Made by a program: the position numbers and the translations under genes. DNA of 59,156 bases from Escherichia phage vB_EcoM_PD328: the sequence record ON922918, one strand, 5' to 3'. Shown here in pieces: positions 47,678 to 56,500 of this stretch; position 1 is the first letter of the stretch; every line of letters begins with the position of its first letter. The notes under the pieces are model-generated. The model was not told the DNA's origin. It did no database searches and saw nothing but the letters and a program-made list of their open reading frames with translations.

Positions 47678-49681
47678 ATGTTCAAACTACGTGATTATCA
47701 GCAAGAAGCTGTAAATAGTACATTGCGCTATTTTATCAAGCATGGTGAAAAGTCAGGAAATCCTGTTATCTTGTTGCCTACAGGGACTGGTAAGTCCCTT
47801 GTAATTGCTGGTCTATTAAAGACAATTCATGATAATTGGGGTAGTACCCGCATGATGGTAATTACTCACGTAAAAGAATTGATAGACCAGAACCACGATA
47901 AGTTCAAGAAGTTATGGCCTGAAGCACCGACTGGTATTTATAGTGCTGGTATGGGTCGCAAGGATAAGAACGCAATGATAACGTTCGCAGGTATTCAGTC
48001 TGTTGCAAAACAAGCTAAATACTTTGAGGACGTTGATATTATTATAGTGGACGAATGTGACCTTATTAGTCCAAATCAGCAAACAAGTTATCAGAAGTTC
48101 TTTGCACATATCCGTGAAAAGAACCCATATCTAAAGATTATCGGTCTTACTGCTACAAGCTGGCGTCTTGGTTTTGGTTCTATTATCAAAGATGACTATG
48201 CTCCTAATGCTCTATTTGATGAAATCGTATTTAACGCGTGTACTGTAGAGTGCTTCAACTGGTTTATTGATGAAGGTTATCTGGTTCCATTAGTACCACG
48301 TAAAACAAAGAAAGAGTATGATGTAAGTGGTGTTCATACTCGAGGCGGTGAGTTCATTGAAAGTGAACTTCAGAAGGTTGTAAACGACCCTGATGTAACA
48401 CGCCATTTGTTAGATGATGCGATTAGTATTGCGGAAGAAGAGGGCAGAATGAGTTGGCTTATCTTTTGTGCTGGTGTAGACCATGCAAAAGATGTAAAAG
48501 ACTATCTCAATGAACGCGGTATTAGTTGCGAAGTTGTAACTGGTGATACACCGAAAGCCTTGCGTGACCAGTACCTCATTGACTTTAAAGCTGGTCGTTT
48601 GCAGGCAATAGCGAACAACAACGTATTGACCACAGGCTTTGACCATCCTGGTCTTGACTTGATAATTGGTATGCGCCCGTCCCAATCTTCCCGCTTATGG
48701 GTTCAGATGCTTGGACGTGGTACTCGACCTGATTATGCTGATGGTTTTGATTTGACCACAACGGAAGGTCGTTTGCAAGCTATCTCCGCTTCGCATAAAC
48801 AGAACTGTCTTGTACTAGACTATGCGGGTAATACAAGACGTCTTGGACCTATTAACGACCCTGTAATTCCTAAGCGTCCAGGGCAGAAAGGAAAGTCCGC
48901 TGCACCTGTTAAAGAATGCCCGGTATGTAAAACCTGGAACCATGCGTCGGTTCGCTATTGTGGTGGGTTAAAACCATTCGATACAAGCAGTATGTCCCAT
49001 GAAGAAATACTCTATCTTCAAGGATTAGGGTATACCATTACAAATAATAAAGCGTGTCGTGCTGGTTATTGCGGTCATGAGTTTACTTTTGAGAAGAAAC
49101 TGATGGCGAGTGCTAGTACGAAAGCTATTATCAAGAATGATTTACCAGTCACTGAGGTATTGAAAGTTGATATGGTGAGTTACTATCGTCATGAGAACAG
49201 GGGTGACCGTTCTAAGCCACCAACACTTCGTGTCGATTATCTTTGTGGCTCACAAACTATTCAACAATATATTTGTCTGTTCCATACTGGCTTTGCAGGC
49301 AAGAAAGCGCGTAACTGGTGGCGCGAGCATTGCAGCTTGGCAATCCCAGCCAACATTGACGAAGCTCTTAATGTGGTCAGCCAACTCCGTGTACCGACGC
49401 ACATCTATGTCAACTTGAAGGGTAAGTTCCCTGAAGTGTTGAATAGTTGTTATGACGGTAGTGAGTTTGGTAAGAAAGAAGCAACTAATGAACGTCCGGT
49501 TGTACAAATCGCGGCAATGAATGGCTTGTCCCAGTTTGGTGGAAGTTATACGAATAAGTTTGATGAAGACGAGCAGACTGATTCTCGTACGACAGTGTTG
49601 CATTCTACGTCTAATCAACCTATTCTTACTGGTAACGGTAAAGAGCTACCACCAGATTTTGATGACGACATTCCATTTTGA
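47678..49681 (+). CDS. SF2 DEAD/DEAH-box-type helicase with SSB-like C-terminal tail
   Basis: Walker A LPTGTGKS, motif II VDECDL, helicase C-domain motifs; protein ends ...LPPDFDDDIPF, identical to the conserved C-terminal tip of E. coli SSB. Confidence 0.7.
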   Translation: MFKLRDYQQEAVNSTLRYFIKHGEKSGNPVILLPTGTGKSLVIAGLLKTIHDNWGSTRMMVITHVKELIDQNHDKFKKLWPEAPTGIYSAGMGRKDKNAMITFAGIQSVAKQAKYFEDVDIIIVDECDLISPNQQTSYQKFFAHIREKNPYLKIIGLTATSWRLGFGSIIKDDYAPNALFDEIVFNACTVECFNWFIDEGYLVPLVPRKTKKEYDVSGVHTRGGEFIESELQKVVNDPDVTRHLLDDAISIAEEEGRMSWLIFCAGVDHAKDVKDYLNERGISCEVVTGDTPKALRDQYLIDFKAGRLQAIANNNVLTTGFDHPGLDLIIGMRPSQSSRLWVQMLGRGTRPDYADGFDLTTTEGRLQAISASHKQNCLVLDYAGNTRRLGPINDPVIPKRPGQKGKSAAPVKECPVCKTWNHASVRYCGGLKPFDTSSMSHEEILYLQGLGYTITNNKACRAGYCGHEFTFEKKLMASASTKAIIKNDLPVTEVLKVDMVSYYRHENRGDRSKPPTLRVDYLCGSQTIQQYICLFHTGFAGKKARNWWREHCSLAIPANIDEALNVVSQLRVPTHIYVNLKGKFPEVLNSCYDGSEFGKKEATNERPVVQIAAMNGLSQFGGSYTNKFDEDEQTDSRTTVLHSTSNQPILTGNGKELPPDFDDDIPF

Positions 49682-49688
49682 GGCTTAT

Positions 49689-49928
49689 ATGGCAAAAATG
49701 ACTTTTAGGAGTAATGACCATTTACCAGAAGAAGGTGAATGGAAGACTTTTAAAGAGTGGGAAGAGTTAGGCTATGGTGTAATTAAAGGTGAAAGAGCTA
49801 AACGGTTTATTCACGGTGTTGCAGTTTTTCACGAAAGTCAAGTAATCAATATTGAAGACGAGTTCGAAAAATATAAACGTGAAGAACTGCAAGGAATGTA
49901 TTGCGGACCAGAATGGTGGAAGGATTAA
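49689..49928 (+). CDS. hypothetical protein
   Basis: 79 aa from the ATG at residue 57 of the track ORF. Confidence 0.35.
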   Translation: MAKMTFRSNDHLPEEGEWKTFKEWEELGYGVIKGERAKRFIHGVAVFHESQVINIEDEFEKYKREELQGMYCGPEWWKD

Positions 49929-50651
49929 ATGTATATCTTAGTTGATTATGATCGGATGCAGGTATTAGCCAAACATCCAAACTTCCAACGTCTTCATGAG
50001 TATGGAATTCTGTGTTGTAGCGAAAGCTCTGTAGTCCTTCCGTTGGAAGTTGAAGAACTGTATAAAGAGTTTGATGATGTGCAAATGCAACTCTTGTACA
50101 TCAACTTAACGGGTAACAAGCAAGGTGCTTTATATCCAAAGAAAATGATCAGTAAGATCATTCATTATTTTTTAAATGAGATACCGGAGACAGTAATAGA
50201 TGCGGATGTGGCTGAACAAGCGGACTGGGCAATTGCTAGTAATAAAGAGGGTGAGTGCATGTACCGCGAAGGCAGCTCTGTTCCAGATTTGGGGGAGGAG
50301 CCTAATATTCAAGTACGGAATGATAGTTCATTGGAATCCACCATCATTGACGGCCCAACCGTACAAACAAACATGGGCATACAACGGGCATGGACACCGA
50401 CAAAAGAGCGGCAAGGTACTAGCACACCGGCAACCGAAAAACGTGCCGCAACGTCGCGTACAGCCGGCACTCGCGATATTATTTTCGCTATTGCTGACGA
50501 AATGTGGAAAGAAGCTGGTGAACCTCGTGACAAGAAGGAAATCCTTCAGCTTAGAAAACAAATGATGGATCGTTTAGAGGCACAAGGTGTGAAGCGTAAT
50601 ACATCAAGTAATACATTAGGGGTCTGGGTAAAAGAACGTGGCTTAAATTAA
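49929..50651 (+). CDS. hypothetical protein
   Basis: 240 aa ORF; basic C-terminal region. Confidence 0.4.
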   Translation: MYILVDYDRMQVLAKHPNFQRLHEYGILCCSESSVVLPLEVEELYKEFDDVQMQLLYINLTGNKQGALYPKKMISKIIHYFLNEIPETVIDADVAEQADWAIASNKEGECMYREGSSVPDLGEEPNIQVRNDSSLESTIIDGPTVQTNMGIQRAWTPTKERQGTSTPATEKRAATSRTAGTRDIIFAIADEMWKEAGEPRDKKEILQLRKQMMDRLEAQGVKRNTSSNTLGVWVKERGLN

Positions 50652-50663
50652 TTAACTAAAATA

Positions 50664-50692
50664 TTGCATAGTTCTTTTAGAGGGGTTATAGT
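50664..50692 (+). promoter_or_regulatory. sigma70-type promoter (TTGCAT-17 bp-TATAGT)
   Basis: Near-consensus hexamers with a 17-bp spacer, about 55 nt upstream of the 50748 gene. Confidence 0.55.
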
Positions 50693-50747
50693 GCAACCAC
50701 TTAGAACGTAGTTCACAACCAATAACCACACTGTGAGGATTTAAATC

Positions 50748-51572
50748 ATGGCTAAAGAGAAAACTCCAGAGCAACTGGAAGCAGAAGAAGCAGCAAAGAA
50801 AGCAGCAAAAGAAGCTGAAGCAAAGAAAAAACGTGAAGCTGAAGAAAAAGCAGCACGTGAATTGCAGGCTAAAGTTGATGCCGCAATGAACGAAGCCACT
50901 GCCGGTTACAATGTGATCGAAGGTGTTGTGTCCGCTGTTAAAGAACAGTTTGACACTCTGCACGAAGGTTCGTTGCTGGACGAAGTTAAAGCAGTTGAAG
51001 GCGTAGTTACCGCTCAACTGAAGACCGCTAAAGAAGGTCTGAAAGCTGTTAAAGCAGCAGCACGTAAAGTTAAAGACAACGATCAACTGAAAACTGCCGT
51101 TGCAGCATCTGAAGATCTGGTTTCCGGTGTTGAAGCCACTCTGAAAGATGTTAAAGGCCGTGTATCCGCTGCCCGCGAAGCCACTAAAGCCGCTGAAAAA
51201 GCGAAACGTGACGCTGAACGCGCTGAGAAGAAACGTCTGCAAGACGAAGAGCGCGCTCGTAAAGCAGCAGAACGCGAAGCTAAGAAAGAGCCGGAACAGA
51301 ACGGTATTCGTAAGCCTGGTGTTGGTACTCTGTGCCGTGCTGCATGGGACATCTTTGATGCTGTTACCCTGGAGCTGGGCCAGACTGCACCGATCAGCTA
51401 CGTTCTGCCGGTTGCACTGGACAAAGGCCTGAACGAAGCGAACGTCAAAGCAGAATACGCTCGCTGGAAGAAATACATGGGCATTACTGGTCGCGTATCA
51501 GTTCCAGTACCTGCTAATATTGCACAGGCGGCCGCTAACGTAGAAATTCCGTCTCAGAAATCTGCAGAGTAA
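50748..51572 (+). CDS. Lys/Ala/Glu-rich coiled-coil protein of unknown function
   Basis: 274 aa; highly charged helical N-terminal two-thirds, distinct C-terminal domain of about 90 aa; own promoter and terminator; codon usage typical of highly expressed genes. Confidence 0.45.
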   Translation: MAKEKTPEQLEAEEAAKKAAKEAEAKKKREAEEKAARELQAKVDAAMNEATAGYNVIEGVVSAVKEQFDTLHEGSLLDEVKAVEGVVTAQLKTAKEGLKAVKAAARKVKDNDQLKTAVAASEDLVSGVEATLKDVKGRVSAAREATKAAEKAKRDAERAEKKRLQDEERARKAAEREAKKEPEQNGIRKPGVGTLCRAAWDIFDAVTLELGQTAPISYVLPVALDKGLNEANVKAEYARWKKYMGITGRVSVPVPANIAQAAANVEIPSQKSAE

Positions 51573-51596
51573 TCTGTAGACACTTCGGAAACTCAG

Positions 51597-51622
51597 AAGG
51601 GGCATTTACTGCCCCTTTGTTA
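51597..51622 (+). terminator. rho-independent terminator
   Basis: AAGGGGCA-TTTAC-TGCCCCTT hairpin followed by TGTTATC. Confidence 0.5.
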
Positions 51623-51640
51623 TCTTACCCCGAGGTTCAA

Positions 51641-52405
51641 ATGTTTGCACAAGCCATTATCGCCCACCACTGGGCTCAAGCCAAATTTGGAAATCATATG
51701 AAAATTATTAATACTCAGGAACCTGAGAAGTTAGTTCGTGAACGTGGTATTCTTGACGTACATTCCATTTTTCATACCATTCAAGGCGAAGGCCCATTTT
51801 GTGGTCAACCTGCCGTATTCGTTCGATTAGCTGGTTGTAACCTGCAATGCCCAGGTTGCGATACAAACTATACGTCCAATCGTAAGAAAATGAGTCACAG
51901 TGATATTTGGCAAGAAATTGTTCGTGTCACTGGTGAAGCCAAGACTAAATTAGTTGTCATTACTGGTGGCGAACCTTTCCGTCAACCTGAAGTTGCTAAT
52001 TTTATCAACTACCTTATTGATATGAAAGGATATCGTGTGCAGGTTGAAACTAACGGAACTATGCCTATCCCGCGTGAACTCAACTATAACTGTGTGGTAG
52101 TATGTAGTCCTAAGGCAGCAAAGATTCACCCTAGCGTTTCCGCTCGAGCAAATGCTTTCAAATATGTAATGAAAAGCGGAAACGTCAACGAGGAAGATGG
52201 ATTACCGTTGCAGGCACTGGATCACCGTGCAACACCATTTATCGCACGTCCGCCTGTACACTTTAAAGGTAATATTTATCTTCAGCCTATGGATGAACAG
52301 GACGACGATGCTAATAAAGCAAACGCTCAAGCTGTCGTTAAATACGCAATGAAACATAATTATATCGTGCAATTGCAAGTTCATAAGTATTTAGGGGTTG
52401 AGTGA
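51641..52405 (+). CDS. queE: 7-carboxy-7-deazaguanine synthase (QueE, radical SAM)
   Basis: N-terminal HTIQGEGPFCGQPAVFVRLAGCNLQCPGCDT (QueE-type cysteine cluster) and VVITGGEPF; start taken at the ATG at residue 9 of the track ORF. Confidence 0.75.
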   Translation: MFAQAIIAHHWAQAKFGNHMKIINTQEPEKLVRERGILDVHSIFHTIQGEGPFCGQPAVFVRLAGCNLQCPGCDTNYTSNRKKMSHSDIWQEIVRVTGEAKTKLVVITGGEPFRQPEVANFINYLIDMKGYRVQVETNGTMPIPRELNYNCVVVCSPKAAKIHPSVSARANAFKYVMKSGNVNEEDGLPLQALDHRATPFIARPPVHFKGNIYLQPMDEQDDDANKANAQAVVKYAMKHNYIVQLQVHKYLGVE

Positions 52406-52656
52406 TGCGTGTAAAAGCTCTGTTTAAGACTACTAAAGTTATTGAGTTTCATGGTATTAAATTGACAGTTCCAAATTGGGTCACCTATCTTGCTTGTGAT
52501 AAAAACGGAACTCTGATGGGTTATGAAGGCGGGCCAATACATTGTAATGTGGAATATGGTCGTTGGGTTCCTGATATTGATGTTGGTTATTACGAGAAGA
52601 TTGCAAAAGTTGATCTTGAAGGGTTAGATTGGACTCGAACGTTGATTAAGGTATAG
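52402..52656 (+). CDS. hypothetical protein
   Basis: 84 aa ORF, start overlaps the QueE stop. Confidence 0.35.
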   Translation: MMRVKALFKTTKVIEFHGIKLTVPNWVTYLACDKNGTLMGYEGGPIHCNVEYGRWVPDIDVGYYEKIAKVDLEGLDWTRTLIKV

Positions 52657-52773
52657 AATGAAGTTATACGTTTTTGAAAACGCGTGGATGATCCCTGCCG
52701 CTAATGATCATTATGCGGGCGACGGTCAGCGTGCTAAAAGATACAATGTGTTCAACTAATAAGGTAAATTATT

Positions 52774-53526
52774 ATGATCAAATATGTCCAATTACTTGGT
52801 GAGATTGTTCCAGAAGATGTATTGAATAAGTGTCTGTTCGATGAAGACGGATTTGTAAAACATTATGTAGATACACCTTCACAGTTTGCATCTCACTCGG
52901 CTCTTGGATTTGTAATTCGAGCTGGATATGCAGTGGATGTGTTGAACGACATGAGTCCTACAGTCACTGTTTTTGTTGAAGGTATGGACGTACATGATCT
53001 TATGAATTTAAAGACCGTTTATAATACTCACGTCACGCCACCACGTAATGCACTTTACAAATGGCGTATCAATACTTCTGTTAGCAGAAGCCAGAAAGCA
53101 GCAGAAGAGAATGCCAAGAAGTATACGACATCTACTCAGAAATTAGCTTGTATGATGGACGATCTACTTAAAAACGCCTTTAAAGTTGAGCGGGACAAAG
53201 AAGGTGAGCCAGAAGTATTCATTAATGAAGCATTAATTAAAAAGGATCGTATCCAGGAGATTAAAGCTCCGCGTCCGAATAAATATATGCGCAAAATTAA
53301 AACTTTTGAATCGCATGATATTAACGGTAGCCCGATTGAAATTGATGTATGGGTTGACGTGTACGACGTAATTAAAGCATTCAATGTAACCAGTGGGCCC
53401 ATGCAACATACACTGAAGAAAGTGCTGTGTGCTGGTGAGCGCGGTCATAAAGACTTGCTGCAAGACCTCAACGACATTATTGCATCCGTTGAGCGTGAAA
53501 TTGAAATGGTTAAGGAAGGTAATTAA
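52774..53526 (+). CDS. hypothetical protein
   Basis: 250 aa ORF between queE and the Gat-QueC gene; no recognised motif. Confidence 0.4.
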   Translation: MIKYVQLLGEIVPEDVLNKCLFDEDGFVKHYVDTPSQFASHSALGFVIRAGYAVDVLNDMSPTVTVFVEGMDVHDLMNLKTVYNTHVTPPRNALYKWRINTSVSRSQKAAEENAKKYTTSTQKLACMMDDLLKNAFKVERDKEGEPEVFINEALIKKDRIQEIKAPRPNKYMRKIKTFESHDINGSPIEIDVWVDVYDVIKAFNVTSGPMQHTLKKVLCAGERGHKDLLQDLNDIIASVEREIEMVKEGN

Positions 53527-53527
53527 T

Positions 53528-54943
53528 ATGTGCTCTATCTTTGGTGTTATTACTAACGGTCAACCTGAAAGTCTTATCATTCGTAACGATATCAATGATC
53601 TTATTAAGGCTAGTATCAACCGTGGTCGTGACGGTCTTGGTGTACGCTTTACGCATGGTGACCACAGTATGCACCCGCAACGTATCGTCAGTGTCGGTAA
53701 GCAAACATCGCTGGAACGTCTTGTTAAAGTCGGGCGCATTACATCTCACGCTGGAGCTATTGGTAGCTTCACAATGATTGGTAACGCTCGCGCCGAACCG
53801 ACTACAGAGTGGGTTATTGACAAGAATGAGTGGGACCAGCAACCGTATCATATGGATGGTTGGACTATTGTTCATAACGGTACTATTGCGAACGATAAAG
53901 ACCTTCGTACCTATGCACTACAGACTAAAATTGATAGTGCTGCCATTGTTGAACAGTTAGCAGAATGTACACTTTCAGCGGATGAAATGTGTTTGTCTGA
54001 CTTTAATTACCTGTACAGTGTATTTCATGAAGTTATTCGTAAATTGAAAGGTAGCTTCGCAATCCTTGCAACACATGATTCCTTTCCGGGATGTGTGTTT
54101 ACAGCATGTAATTATCGTCCAATCTGGATCGGTAAGACTGATACTGGTATGTATTTCGCCAGCCAGGAAGACATGCTACCAACCCGTGCGATTAAGCAGA
54201 TGCTGAAACCTTATTCATGTAATGTGGTTACATCTACTGATGTATGCAATGAAGTTGATCTTATTCCAAATAAACAGACTCAACGCGCGTTAGTTGTCGC
54301 CAGTGGTGGCATGGACAGCACGGTGGCAGCTCAGATGTGCAAGTCCAATGGTCTGGAAGTCACTCTGATTAACTTCCAGTATGGTTGTCGTGCAGAAACT
54401 AATGAGTTAAAGGCTATTCGTAAGATTGCGGAAGTGATGGAAGTTCCGTTAGTTGAGTTCCCAATTCCAATCTACGATAAGAAAGACAGCCCGTTATTTG
54501 ATCAAGATGCTGCAATTGCTGGTGGCGAAGAAGGTGCTGAGTTTGCCCACGAATGGGTTCCAGCTCGTAACCTTGTGATGCTTTCTGTTGCTACTGCATA
54601 CGCAGAAGCTAACGGTTTCGACTATATTGTTCTTGGTAACAACCTAGAAGAAGCTGGAGCCTATCCGGACAACGAGCCTGAGTTTATTAACCGCTTTAAT
54701 CAGGTGCTACCATTCGCTGTAGGCGACGGTAAGCGCGTTGAAGTGCTCATGCCTGTAGGTAACTTAATGAAGCATGAAATTGTCGCTACAGGCCTGCGTT
54801 TAGGGGCCCCGCTTGAGCACACCTGGAGCTGTTACCGTAACGGGGATTTGCATTGTGGTACTTGCGGCCCTTGCATGATGCGTCGGACTGCGTTTAATAT
54901 TAATAACGCACAAGAAGTTATTAAATACGAAAGCGAGGCGTAA
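53528..54943 (+). CDS. queC: glutamine amidotransferase-QueC fusion protein (Gat-QueC)
   Basis: Starts MCSIFGV (N-terminal Cys nucleophile of class II amidotransferases); C-terminal half has the QueC PP-loop VVASGGMDST and zinc-binding CYRNGDLHCGTCGPC. Confidence 0.75.
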   Translation: MCSIFGVITNGQPESLIIRNDINDLIKASINRGRDGLGVRFTHGDHSMHPQRIVSVGKQTSLERLVKVGRITSHAGAIGSFTMIGNARAEPTTEWVIDKNEWDQQPYHMDGWTIVHNGTIANDKDLRTYALQTKIDSAAIVEQLAECTLSADEMCLSDFNYLYSVFHEVIRKLKGSFAILATHDSFPGCVFTACNYRPIWIGKTDTGMYFASQEDMLPTRAIKQMLKPYSCNVVTSTDVCNEVDLIPNKQTQRALVVASGGMDSTVAAQMCKSNGLEVTLINFQYGCRAETNELKAIRKIAEVMEVPLVEFPIPIYDKKDSPLFDQDAAIAGGEEGAEFAHEWVPARNLVMLSVATAYAEANGFDYIVLGNNLEEAGAYPDNEPEFINRFNQVLPFAVGDGKRVEVLMPVGNLMKHEIVATGLRLGAPLEHTWSCYRNGDLHCGTCGPCMMRRTAFNINNAQEVIKYESEA

Positions 54944-55267
54944 ATGAATAAATTGAGCAGCTTGGCAAGGATGGGTATAGCCCACAAGTGTTTCGGTAAT
55001 CCAATTCCTCAACAGGCTTATGATTTAATCGAAGCCGTTGAAGAAGCTATTTTGGACTTCAATCCTCAGTTGAAAGTGAATAAAGAAATTTACAAAGGAC
55101 ATAAATCACTTGAAGACATGATTAAAAGTCACATATCCGTATGGCGAGATGCGTTAGAAAAACTACATGAAGAGTCAACAGAACCGGATGATATAAGTTA
55201 TTATGCTCATGAACTTAGAGCACTCGCAGAGATTGAAGCAGCAGTTAAAGCAAAGTTAGGAGAATAA
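54944..55267 (+). CDS. hypothetical protein
   Basis: 107 aa ORF between the queC and queD homologues. Confidence 0.35.
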   Translation: MNKLSSLARMGIAHKCFGNPIPQQAYDLIEAVEEAILDFNPQLKVNKEIYKGHKSLEDMIKSHISVWRDALEKLHEESTEPDDISYYAHELRALAEIEAAVKAKLGE

Positions 55268-55268
55268 A

Positions 55269-55790
55269 ATGGGTTACACTGTTATTCGTTCACATGAGAT
55301 TTGCGCTGGTCATCGTGTTGTAGGGCATGAAAGTAAATGTCGCCACCTTCACGGTCACAACTATAAGTTCCATTTTAAAGTTGCGCCGAAGAAGACATTG
55401 TCGGAAGGTTACGTTAAGTCTGTAAGTGGATTTGCTCTAGAAGGATCCTTGGACGATGTAGGTCGCGTTATCGACTTTAGTGTGGTTAAAACTACACTCT
55501 GCCAATGGTTGGAAGATAACTGGGATCATAAGTTCCTGCATTGGAATCGTGATAATTTGATTGACGCTTTAAAAATTGCAGCAAGTCGCCCGAGTTGCCC
55601 TCTGGAACATGAAGACCATGAGCATTTCTTAAACTCGTTGGTAGCTTTACCATTCAACCCAACTGCGGAAAACTTAGCTGCATATATGGTTGACGTAATT
55701 GGTCCTCAACTGCTTGACCAATATGGTGTTGAATTGGTAGAATGCACCATTGAAGAAACGTCCAAATGTCATGTTAACTATTGCAAATAA
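55269..55790 (+). CDS. queD: 6-carboxy-5,6,7,8-tetrahydropterin synthase (QueD-like)
   Basis: CAGHRVVGHESKCRHLHGHNY zinc-binding Cys/His pattern typical of QueD/PTPS. Confidence 0.7.
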   Translation: MGYTVIRSHEICAGHRVVGHESKCRHLHGHNYKFHFKVAPKKTLSEGYVKSVSGFALEGSLDDVGRVIDFSVVKTTLCQWLEDNWDHKFLHWNRDNLIDALKIAASRPSCPLEHEDHEHFLNSLVALPFNPTAENLAAYMVDVIGPQLLDQYGVELVECTIEETSKCHVNYCK

Positions 55791-55816
55791 TTGACCACAC
55801 AAGGAAACTGCAAACC

Positions 55817-56431
55817 ATGAATGAATTTACAAAGATGACAAACCGAGCAGAAATTTCGCACAGTATTGAAAAGATTTTAAAGTTGATTGAAGGTGGCGAT
55901 GACTTGCGTGAAGGTTTAGTTGAAACTCCATTGCGCGTCGCTAAAGCATTTGAGACGTGGTTCGGGGGTTATTCTGTCGATATCGCATCCCTGTTCAAGA
56001 CATTTGAAGATGGTGGGGAAAACTGCGATGAAATGGTCATCGTCCGTGATATCCCTGTCTACAGTCATTGTGAGCATCATATGGCTCCTATTATTGGTCA
56101 TGCTGTGGTCGGGTATGTCCCGAATGGAAAAATTGTTGGCCTAAGTAAGTTATCTCGTGTGGTTGATGCTTTTAGCCGTCGTTTGCAAGTTCAGGAGCGT
56201 CTGACTAACCAGATTGCGGATGCTATCGTGGAACACTTAGACCCAAAAGCTGTGTGTGTTTACATTGATGCAAAACATATGTGTATGGAGTCGCGCGGTG
56301 TTAAACAAGTGTGTGGAAGCTCAACCATTACTAAAGCATTCCGTGGGCGTACTGCATTGGGCGATGGTGTATTACCTGATGTGACGGGTGACACATGGCG
56401 TCGGGAATTTCTTGAAGCGTGTAAAAAGTAA
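55817..56431 (+). CDS. folE: GTP cyclohydrolase I (FolE)
   Basis: Conserved SHCEHHMAP active-site motif and GTP cyclohydrolase I-like flanking regions; start at the ATG at residue 13 of the track ORF. Confidence 0.75.
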   Translation: MNEFTKMTNRAEISHSIEKILKLIEGGDDLREGLVETPLRVAKAFETWFGGYSVDIASLFKTFEDGGENCDEMVIVRDIPVYSHCEHHMAPIIGHAVVGYVPNGKIVGLSKLSRVVDAFSRRLQVQERLTNQIADAIVEHLDPKAVCVYIDAKHMCMESRGVKQVCGSSTITKAFRGRTALGDGVLPDVTGDTWRREFLEACKK

Positions 56432-56466
56432 CTGATTTGCGAATCATACATTATCTTTAATATAAT

Positions 56467-56491
56467 AAGCGCCTACGGGCGCTTATTTGTT
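56467..56491 (+). terminator. rho-independent terminator between folE and the DpdA-like gene
   Basis: AAGCGCC-TACG-GGCGCTT hairpin followed by ATTTGTT. Confidence 0.6.
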
Positions 56492-56500
56492 AGGTGAACA

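Noticed and set aside
50652-51432. ORFs overlapping the KAE-rich gene (minus-strand 50652-51242 Cys/Phe-rich, 51083-51352, and plus-strand 51148-51432)
   Set aside because: Alternative-frame or antisense shadows of a compositionally biased gene; no translation signals.
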